Shown here one piece after another: positions 1 to 6,706 of a stretch of DNA of 64,000 nt. Made by a program: the position numbers and the translations under genes. Origin of the DNA: a virus; the IMG/VR virus record IMGVR_UViG_3300036715_002842, positions 32,001 through 96,000 of that record. The stretch is one strand, 5' to 3'. The notes below the pieces were generated by a model, which was given only the letters and a program-made list of their open reading frames with translations, did no database searches and was not told the DNA's origin. The first letter of the stretch is position 1. Each line of letters starts with the position of its first letter.

Positions 1-51
1 CGGGTATGTAGTTTACCTCGTTTGTCATAGCATTTACCTCGGTTCTGGAAA

Positions 52-126
52 TGGTGCCCCCGGTGGGGTTCGAACCCACGACCTGAAGATTATGAGCCAT
101 CTGCTCTGCCGCTGAGCTACAGGGGT
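52..126 (-). tRNA. tRNA with CAU anticodon (Met or Ile2)
   Basis: Reverse complement folds as a cloverleaf with anticodon loop CTCATAA, T-loop TTCGAAC and encoded CCA. A1-C72 mismatch; Met versus Ile2 cannot be resolved. Confidence 0.85.
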
Positions 127-168
127 ATTGGTATATTGGTTTGACTTGAGGAAAGATGGATTTCGGAA

Positions 169-252
169 TGGTACCCCTTCTCGGACTCGAACCGAGACGC
201 TCGAAAGCATAGGACCTAAACCTATTGACTGGACCAATTCGTCTAAAGGGGC
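169..252 (-). tRNA. tRNA-Leu(UAG)
   Basis: Anticodon arm ATAGG-TTTAGGT-CCTAT, long variable arm, A73 and CCA. Confidence 0.9.
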
Positions 253-277
253 ATTTGATCTTCTGTCCTTACTATTG

Positions 278-362
278 TGGAACCCGCAACCGGGTTTGAA
301 CCTTACCACACGCGGATATCAGTTCCGCCACGCTCGCATTGGTTGATGAATTAGGCGGATTC
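278..362 (-). pseudogene. Degenerate tRNA-like sequence
   Basis: Ends in GCGGGTTCCA, has a GGTTCAAACC T-loop-like element and a GCGGA-ACTGATA-TCCGC hairpin, but no normal D arm. Confidence 0.45.
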
Positions 363-515
363 ACCACTGGTCGGTTTTCCCTCCCCATTAAGACCAGTGC
401 GCACCAGCCTTAACTACGGTCGACCTTTACGGTTCTCTGGGGCTAAGCCACTTGAATCCGATAGGTGGTACCCGTTCTCGGAAATGACTTAACGATACGA
501 AGAGCCGTCAAGAAT

Positions 516-591
516 TGGAGCCCACAACCGGGTTCGAACCGATGACCTCCTGATTACAAAGCAGGTGCTCTACCAACTGAGCTATGCAGGC
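516..591 (-). tRNA. tRNA-Thr(UGU)
   Basis: Canonical 76-nt cloverleaf, loop TTTGTAA, CCA end. Confidence 0.95.
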
Positions 592-610
592 AAAGGTGTC
601 GGACTGAAAC

Positions 611-1048
611 TTGAAGGGCCATCCGACTGCCACTCAAAGGTGGGTGCATATATCGCTAGGCCGAAGGTATTTTGGATGCGGTAGATCTAAGAGATCCGAA
701 GTCCTTGACAGTTTTGGAAAGAAGGTTCTTCTTGACTCGACTTACGAATTGGAGGTTTCGGAACTTTTGAATCAGCTTGGAATTCGTTGGATTAGACCCA
801 AACCATTGAGTTGGTATTTGGAGGGCAAGCAGCACCTATACCACCCAGATTTCTTTTTAACGGATTTCAATCTCTATCTGGATCCGAAGAACGACTATCT
901 AGCTCGAATTGATGTAGGGAAAATTTCCCTAGTAAGTTGGCAGAACGCAGTTGTAATTCGAATTCTAACCAAGAAGCAAATTACACTTGAGTATCTGAAA
1001 GGATTGGTAGCCCCGGAGAATTTTGAAATCTCGACCTACCGCGTGTAA
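611..1048 (+). CDS. PD-(D/E)xK endonuclease domain, likely a truncated homing endonuclease
   Basis: DSTYE...HLYHPDFFLTDFNLYLDPKN resembles phage PD-(D/E)xK nuclease domains. Antisense to the tRNA array, 3' end overlaps tRNA-Val, and the start is a weak TTG. Confidence 0.55.
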   Translation: MKGHPTATQRWVHISLGRRYFGCGRSKRSEVLDSFGKKVLLDSTYELEVSELLNQLGIRWIRPKPLSWYLEGKQHLYHPDFFLTDFNLYLDPKNDYLARIDVGKISLVSWQNAVVIRILTKKQITLEYLKGLVAPENFEISTYRV

Positions 1049-1079
1049 GGCGATTGCTCTACCTCTGAGCTACAGGGCT
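1005..1079 (-). tRNA. tRNA-Val(UAC)
   Basis: Cloverleaf with loop CTTACAC, A73 and CCA. Confidence 0.9.
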
Positions 1080-1080
1080 A

Positions 1081-1735
1081 AGGTCGGGGATTCTTCAGCG
1101 GCGCCACCTAGGAGATCCCCTACAATTGCCGCCTGCTGGGGACTAGCATTGCTGCCCCACCCTCACCACCAGGTCTACCGAGTTAGGGCCTGATCCTGGA
1201 TTAAGATCCGGCCCCCTTGACCGGTGCGCACAACTGATCTTGTTCGGGGAACTGGAGTCCCGGCCGGATGACAACTCCAACTCCCCTTCAACCACCGCCC
1301 TCGAGGGGTAACAGTGAACCGAAGTCCACAGTGGTCGATCTAGTTCGGGGACCCACCACCCGCGTGGTTGCAGGTCCCCTTCGGACGCCTGACGGCCAGT
1401 CCGATCTTTAAGATATTCGGGAGTTCACGCCTCACTCCCTAGCGTCCAAGACTTTGCGGCGAAGTGACAATCCTAAGATCGTCTCCGAAGTTGCAGAGCA
1501 TCTTCGTGTAGCGCGTGGATCCTTTTGTAACTTTGACAGTTTCCAACAACCTTTAGAGGGAAGTCTTTCACTATCCTGGAGATTGCGGGAGTAGGTGCTG
1601 TGTCGGGCACCACGACCTTCAGAAGCAAGAAGAGGCTTGAATGACCGTCCAAGTATCTCTCCACCCTCACACGCGGTAGGCGTGGGGCTCGTCCTTCTGT
1701 TCCAGACCGGTTTCTGGCTGTGTACCGGTAAATGC
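1081..1735 (-). ncRNA. Candidate large structured ncRNA A (~650 nt)
   Basis: No credible ORF. Continuous series of GC-rich hairpins and a repeated junction motif, located between two tRNAs of one operon. Confidence 0.55.
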
Positions 1736-1810
1736 TGGTGGACCTGGAGGGAATTGAACCCCCGACATCTGCCTTGCAAAGGCAGCGTTCTCCCGCTGAA
1801 CTACAGGCCC
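1736..1810 (-). tRNA. tRNA-Ala(UGC)
   Basis: GGGCCTG acceptor strand with G3-U70, loop TTTGCAA, CCA. Confidence 0.95.
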
Positions 1811-1846
1811 GTGCTGTCAAACAACTTAATCTTTAACCTACTTTGT

Positions 1847-1921
1847 TGGTACTCCCAGTTGGAATCGAACCAACGTCTAGAGCTTAGAAGGCTCTTGCTA
1901 AATCCCCTCAGCTATGGGAGC
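1847..1921 (-). tRNA. tRNA-Arg(UCU)
   Basis: Anticodon arm AGAGC-CTTCTAA-GCTCT, CCA end. Confidence 0.9.
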
Positions 1922-1924
1922 GAA

Positions 1925-2007
1925 TGGAGGCCCGGTGGAGAGTCGAACTCCTAACCTTTCGGACGAGGGTTGCAATCTCGCGCCAGTCCACACCAGCTTC
2001 CCGAGCC
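1925..2007 (-). tRNA. tRNA-Cys(GCA) with tRNA-Sec-like (selC*-like) fold
   Basis: GCA anticodon and U73-CCA. Also a 6-bp D stem with 4-nt loop, extended anticodon stem, CC-GAAA-GG variable hairpin and 4-bp T stem. Confidence 0.8.
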
Positions 2008-2025
2008 TAGGTCTTGCATCTTGAA

Positions 2026-2102
2026 TGGTAGCCCAGGTGGGAGTCGAACCCACAGAACCCAGATTTTGAATCTGGTACCTATACCAATTCGGTTACTGAG
2101 CC
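2026..2102 (-). tRNA. tRNA-Leu(CAA) lacking the long variable arm
   Basis: CCAGA-TTCAAAA-TCTGG anticodon arm, 5-nt variable loop, A73 and CCA. Confidence 0.88.
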
Positions 2103-2291
2103 ATTGAGTACGTGGCGGACCCTTTCATAGTTTCCACCCTTTGGAGTCAATCCAACTTGTAGTAGGATTTGACGAATGTTTTTGCAAGTTTTAGACGCTT
2201 CTGAAATTTGCTCATCTGTTACTTTTGTCTTGCAGTTGATGTTTCTTCCTCGGTACGTTTCAGTTTGGCTATGACAGTTTGGACATAGAAG
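2103..2291 (-). pseudogene. HNH homing endonuclease C-terminal remnant
   Basis: Manual translation LLCPNCHSQTETYRGRN...NIRQILLQVGLTPKGGNYERVRH matches the end of the HNH motif typical of phage tRNA-region endonucleases. No start or N-terminal half. Confidence 0.75.
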
Positions 2292-2305
2292 AGAATTTTA
2301 AGGAT

Positions 2306-2587
2306 TGGTGCGCCCGGCCGGAATCGAACCGGCACGCTCTTACGAACAACAGATTTTCATCCTACTTCATGTTGCCATGACCGTTTCCGTTGTAGGCTGG
2401 ACTATCCCTTGACCTTATCCGAGGACTTAGGCCCCCACCGTCTAGTCTCTACACCTTCCTATTTCTAGGCTTGGCTCGGGATTGTCCTAAGGAGTTTCCC
2501 CGAATTTGATGGGATTCACGCTGGAGGTTTCCGACCCAGGTGCTCAAATCATAAGTCTGTGGCGTCTACCAGTTCCGCCACGGGCGC
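2306..2587 (-). tRNA. tRNA-Leu(UAA), split by a group I intron (exons 2553-2587 and 2306-2357)
   Basis: Joining ...CAGACTT to AAAATCTG... restores the loop CT-TAA-AA. Long variable arm and CCA. Confidence 0.92.
2358..2552 (-). mobile_element. Group I self-splicing intron (IC3-like, 195 nt, no ORF)
   Basis: Starts after U and ends in G. Core motifs CAAATTCGGGGAAAC, GTAGAGACTAGACGG and AAGGGATAGTCC. Inserted U^AA in the anticodon, as in cyanobacterial and plastid tRNA-Leu introns. Confidence 0.92.
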
Positions 2588-2716
2588 AAAAGTTAGGGCT
2601 CGCTACGACACTTCCCACCTATCGATGGATCAACATGCCACCGGGTCTTACGGCCACACCTAACACAACCTCCGATTTACCCAAGATAATCGGTTTAAAA
2701 TACTGCTTGGGGCAGT

Positions 2717-2804
2717 TGGAGCGGGAGATGGGACTTGAACCCACGATGGACTTTCGTCACGTCAGCTTGGAAGGCTGATGCCTTAACCACTAGGCTACAC
2801 CCGC
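2717..2804 (-). tRNA. tRNA-Gly(UCC) with an atypical long variable arm
   Basis: GCGGG acceptor, TCAGC-CTTCCAA-GCTGA, U73-CCA and a 17-nt variable region containing GAC-GAAA-GTC. Confidence 0.88.
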
Positions 2805-2939
2805 TTTGGAGAAACCTGGAAAATTTCATCCAGATTTCAAGGTAGAAGGAAAATTTGTGGCAACGTGATGACATTCGCTACTACGTATCCCCAAGCCTAA
2901 CACTCTAGGTAGCTTGGTTTATGTCAAGAGGACTTTTAT

Positions 2940-3308
2940 TGGTGGAGGTGGGGGAAATCGAATCCCCGTCCGAAAAGCTTCAGAAGGTAATTCATTCACA
3001 GGCTTAGTTCGAATCTAGTGACCTCTGTGGAGGATCGAACAACTCCAATCGAGGACTTGTTCCTTTGTCTCAACTGGAAGCCAGGAACACTCTTCCAATC
3101 CAGTTTATCTCTTCACCTCAGCAGGACGAATCCACCCTCGGATCTGATGCAACTAGGCTACTAAACGATCACCTAGAGGTTGCTGCTTACGCAGCCTGGA
3201 GAAAACGATCGTTTTCGGCAGTTGTGTTTGTTGGGCTTTTTAGGAGGCCAGCCCACCTCCGCCTGCACTACACTCCGGATTAGCCATCCGTCGAAACCTG
3301 GCACCCCC
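2940..3308 (-). ncRNA. ssrA: tmRNA, tag peptide (A)AENDRFLQAA* at 3187-3219
   Basis: 5' GGGGGTG...TTCGAC and 3' GGACGGGGATTCGATTTCCCCCACCTCCACCA with G3-U70. Internal resume frame ends Ala-Ala-TAA. Confidence 0.96.
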
Positions 3309-3441
3309 AAGAGTTGGATTGGCTTGTAGGACCAATCCTGAGAGATCGTTACATTTGGTTTGCACCTACTAACGATTCACACCTTAGCACCGGTTCACCT
3401 TCCACCGAAAGGTTCCCCAAGTTGCTTAGACCTGGGAATTG

Positions 3442-3512
3442 TAGGTCCAGAGGGTATCGAACCCTCTTCCTCGCCTTAAAAGGGCGATGCTTCACCTTAA
3501 AGCTTTGGACCC
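3442..3512 (-). tRNA. tRNA-Lys(UUU), CCA not encoded
   Basis: TCGCC-CTTTTAA-GGCGA anticodon arm and GGGTCCA/TGGACCT acceptor. Confidence 0.88.
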
Positions 3513-3604
3513 GTTTGATGGGGATAGGAGGCAATGACCCATTCGGAGCCGCCTACCGTTAACCCATGCTGGACCCCACGGTCAGACCAGCATGCCCAAG
3601 ATTC

Positions 3605-3680
3605 AGACCAAAGAGTGGGTTCGAACCACTGTCCTCCCCAGACGTGCTGGGCGCTCTGACCGGCTGAGCTACCTTGGTCC
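3605..3680 (-). tRNA. Atypical tRNA-like RNA (ACG in a 5-nt loop, no U33, no CCA)
   Basis: Canonical D and T arms and acceptor stem, but the anticodon arm is CCCAG-CACGT-CTGGG. Confidence 0.6.
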
Positions 3681-3684
3681 TTTC

Positions 3685-4524
3685 CAGCTAGTGCACTAGC
3701 GTCAACAAGCCCGGATGTGGGTCTAGAACTCCACGGGGCTTGCAGGGAACTGATTGGTGGTAGCCCGATCCTCTGCTACTGAGCAAGTTGACCGGCACCT
3801 CATCGGGATGACGACCAACTGGCACCGAAGTGCACCACGGGGCTTGCAGGGAACTGATTGGTGGTAGCCCGATCCTCTGCTACTGAGCAAGTTGACCGGC
3901 ACCTCATCGGGATGACGACCAACTGGCACCGAAGTGCACCAAAGAACTACTTCACTCCCTCCTTTCTCCGGAGCAGCTCGAACTTCGCTGCCGCGGCCAG
4001 AAGGGATCCTGACTGAACCACCGCCTGCAACTGCGAGACGGTCATCCTACGCACGCTCTCTGCGTGCTTGCTTGATTGTGCCATGGGGCACCTCCTTCCA
4101 ACAAGTTGTTGGAAGGTCTTACGTGTCTGCGTACCTCATCGTTGCTCCTTTTGGAAAAGTGGAAGGATCGGGTTCGGTGTTATTTCACCCTCCAGGTCGT
4201 GTAACGTCCTAGGGAAGTCCCACCCGATTTCTTGAAGATATTTGGTTGGGGATTGGTGGCCACCGCACCCCAACCTACCTGTCGGTCCTATTGCCGTGGA
4301 TCGTTCATTCCCAACCTCCACGAGGAGTAGGTCCTTTTCGTCCCTGTTGGCAGCGACCGGTCTGTGCCGGGCTCACCGCTAGTTCTGTGGAGTCAGGGCT
4401 CCAGACATCCCGAGGGGAATTTGCACGGGACGATCTTGTGTTACAGAAAGGTACGAGTAGGAGTTCGCAAAGCTCCATTCTCCACTCATTGCGGAGATCC
4501 TGCACTTGGAGGTGATACTCGTAA
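3685..4524 (-). ncRNA. Candidate large structured ncRNA B (~730-840 nt)
   Basis: No credible ORF. Many perfect helices, e.g. 4452-4459/4516-4523, 4094-4103/4107-4116 and 4051-4067. Lies inside the tRNA operon. Confidence 0.55.
3731..3941. repeat. Exact tandem duplication of a 104-bp unit
   Basis: 3731-3834 is identical to 3835-3938. Confidence 0.95.
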
Positions 4525-4601
4525 TGGTCGGCTATGAGTGATTCGAACACTCGACCTTCGCGACCCAAACGCGACGCGCTACCAGGCTGCGCTAATAGCC
4601 G
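4525..4601 (-). tRNA. tRNA-Pro(UGG)
   Basis: C1-G72, loop TTTGGGT, A73 and CCA. Confidence 0.95.
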
Positions 4602-4798
4602 GGAGGACTCGGTTTTAGTGGAGTTGACTGGAACCCGACCCCGAGTCACCCAGTTGCGCTGCTCCGCTGGGATGCCGGAGGTATTCACCGCTTTCGCGGG
4701 GCGCTGGAGGTCCCCTCAGTCAGTGGGAACCGGGGTCTAACACCTGATGCGCTTTTCGCTCTTGGGCCGCTTTTCATGACCGTTCAGGCAGTTACCTT

Positions 4799-4872
4799 TG
4801 GTTAGGGTGGTAGGATTCGAACCTACGAGGGGAGCGTCAAAGACTCCTGGTTTACCGCTAGCCTACACCCCA
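4799..4872 (-). tRNA. tRNA-Gln(UUG)
   Basis: U1-A72, GGAGT-CTTTGAC-GCTCC, CCA. Confidence 0.92.
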
Positions 4873-4953
4873 ATGGTTGGTGACTTTAGGAAAGCCACCA
4901 GAACCCTCAAAGGATGCCCTGAAGCATCGTTTGGATGGTAAATGCATTATTCG

Positions 4954-4966
4954 GTTGTCAGAGATC
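4954..4966 (-). promoter_or_regulatory. boxA-like antitermination element in the tRNA operon leader
   Basis: GATCTCTGACAAC resembles rrn boxA (TGCTCTTTAACAA) and lies just downstream of the promoter. Confidence 0.45.
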
Positions 4967-4999
4967 TGTTACTTGACCGAAGTCAAACTCAACTCATAA

Positions 5000-5028
5000 A
5001 GGATAGGGTTGAGGGTAAAAATTGTCAA
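5000..5028 (-). promoter_or_regulatory. Sigma70-type promoter of the tRNA/tmRNA operon
   Basis: TTGACA-N17-TATCCT upstream of the first tRNA. Confidence 0.75.
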
Positions 5029-5225
5029 GGCTGAAAAATTGCGGTCCCACAAAATTAAACCCCGGTTTTGCCGAGGTCCGTGGGAAAGATCAGAATGCCT
5101 TTACCAGGACCCGGGAGACCCTTTTGTTAATCTTCCTTGTGGTAGACATACGAACATGGATTACCTCTTCTTAAAAAGTATAACCGTCTTTTTGAAAAAT
5201 GCAAGGGAAATCTTTACCTCAACTT

Positions 5226-5537
5226 TTACCGACGGAAATAGTTCTCGTCCTTCAGCAGAGAATGCTCTCCACCATCAGGTCCGATTGCGAAGACGCCATC
5301 AAGAGGGGCGCCACCAGTCAGGACCTGAACATTCCCGAAGGTCTGTCCAGCAGGTGCCTTGACCGCGTACTTCCGTCCATTGAGAACAATGGAAACGATC
5401 CGGTTACCATCCACATCCTTCGACTTCTTCAGGTGCTCTTCGAAGTGAGTGAGGTACTTGTCGGAGATATAGACATGGGAGACTGGGTATCCCTGGCCTT
5501 CGTATTCCTTGAGAGCTAAGCTAATCTGCTGAAGCAT
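5226..5537 (-). CDS. Hypothetical protein
   Basis: ORF with GGAGG RBS at the end of the minus-strand gene run. Confidence 0.65.
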   Translation of the reverse strand: MLQQISLALKEYEGQGYPVSHVYISDKYLTHFEEHLKKSKDVDGNRIVSIVLNGRKYAVKAPAGQTFGNVQVLTGGAPLDGVFAIGPDGGEHSLLKDENYFRR

Positions 5538-5563
5538 GTGGCCTCCAGATTAGATAACCGTAT

Positions 5564-6097
5564 TTACACGTTCTCGATTTTACGAAGATGTTGGATGGTC
5601 TTCTGAAGATCCCCTTTGCCCCACTCACGCATCGCATCAATTCCATGATCACGATCTGATGGTGTTCTTAGGGTTTTCAAGAAGGAGTCAAATTCATTGT
5701 ACATCTTCTCGTAGTGCGGATCTGTAATGCCAATCACTTCGTTTGATTTTGACCATAGATCGTAGCTGTTCAGATCGGTGATGAGCTTGTCTATGGCACT
5801 AGACTGAGTTCGGAAACCAGCGGTTTTACCAATGGATCGAACTATTTGATCATACTTGTAATCGTATAGAAATTCTGGATCGTTGAGGCGTTTACGTACC
5901 ACTTCCTTGAATTCTGGTTTTTCTTTCCACTCAGTCCAGGCTTTACCATTCTCCGGCGTTACAATGCTGAAACCTTCCCGACTGGAGTCCCCCTCCGCAT
6001 CGGTGACCTTGAATGCCTTGCCGTAAAGCTTATCGAAGTCAAGATGTACACGGTTCCCAGACTGAGTTCGGAAACCAGCTACAATCCGCAGCTTCAT
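5564..6097 (-). CDS. Hypothetical protein, probable internal head protein (MKLRIVA N-terminus)
   Basis: Start overlaps the upstream stop. Shares an N-terminal motif with neighbours, and AGFRTQS occurs twice. Confidence 0.65.
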   Translation of the reverse strand: MKLRIVAGFRTQSGNRVHLDFDKLYGKAFKVTDAEGDSSREGFSIVTPENGKAWTEWKEKPEFKEVVRKRLNDPEFLYDYKYDQIVRSIGKTAGFRTQSSAIDKLITDLNSYDLWSKSNEVIGITDPHYEKMYNEFDSFLKTLRTPSDRDHGIDAMREWGKGDLQKTIQHLRKIENV

Positions 6098-6423
6098 CAC
6101 TGCACCGTTGGAGATTTGATGGTGTAACCATCTCGATGCGAATCCACTTCCCAACCCAGATTCTTGAAGTAATCCAGGACAGCAGGGTCCTCATTCGTAT
6201 CAAAGAAGATCACGAACTTCCCACCCTCAAGATGGGCCGAGGTCGTCACCGGACGTAGATACTCAATCTCAACCGTTGTCTGCGTTCCCAGTCCAAAGTT
6301 CAGTTTCTCGATCTTAGGTGGCAGATGCATCTCGATTGGCATGGGGCAGTGGGACAGAATATCTTTGATGGTCCCAAAGGTGAGGGACTTAGGACGATCA
6401 GCTGCCACAATCTTGAACTTCAC
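6097..6423 (-). CDS. Hypothetical protein (MKFKIVA N-terminus)
   Basis: GTG start with GAGGAG RBS. Confidence 0.65.
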   Translation of the reverse strand: MKFKIVAADRPKSLTFGTIKDILSHCPMPIEMHLPPKIEKLNFGLGTQTTVEIEYLRPVTTSAHLEGGKFVIFFDTNEDPAVLDYFKNLGWEVDSHRDGYTIKSPTVQ

Positions 6424-6443
6424 TTGCTCTCCTCTTGGAGTCA

Positions 6444-6695
6444 TTATTGTAAGAAAACTTGATTCCCAAATAGGATAGCAGTAATGCCTTCTTTGAATGT
6501 TACTAAGCTCATATATTGATTGGGTGACGAGCTCTCTCTAGGACTACGGACTTGAGTAAACACTTCGATAGTTTCTATCGTTACATCTTGTTGAGTTCCA
6601 CCTTTAGTGAAGATACGGATTGAATCTCCGATGACAAAATTCTTATTTTGATATCGTAGATGCTCGCTTGTTTTCGCAACAATCTTCAGTTTCAT
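6444..6695 (-). CDS. Hypothetical protein (MKLKIVA N-terminus)
   Basis: ATG with GAGGAGAAGG RBS. Confidence 0.6.
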   Translation of the reverse strand: MKLKIVAKTSEHLRYQNKNFVIGDSIRIFTKGGTQQDVTIETIEVFTQVRSPRESSSPNQYMSLVTFKEGITAILFGNQVFLQ

Positions 6696-6706
6696 ACCTT
6701 CTCCTC

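Noticed and set aside
1210-1440. CRISPR-like array in the repeated GATC...TTCGGGGA / TCCCCTTC motifs
   Set aside because: Repeats are short and alternating, with self-complementary inserts of unequal length and no cas genes. Better explained as RNA structural modules.
2588-2716. Possible small ribozyme (GTTAGG...CCTAAC-closed structure)
   Set aside because: Could not match hammerhead, pistol or twister cores by eye.
3685-4524. RNase P RNA or raiA-motif identity for ncRNA candidate B
   Set aside because: No GAGGAAAGUCC P4 signature was found, and the AACGATCCACG match to raiA is isolated and forms a simple local hairpin here.
34-4740. Many short track ORFs in the first 5 kb
   Set aside because: They overlap tRNA, tmRNA, intron or structured-RNA sequence and lack RBSs or protein motifs. 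Only the two endonuclease fragments were kept.
5009-5362. Plus-strand ORF starting MRVKIVKA, resembling the N-terminal signal
   Set aside because: It is the antisense reading of the tRNA operon promoter and overlaps the better-supported minus-strand gene.
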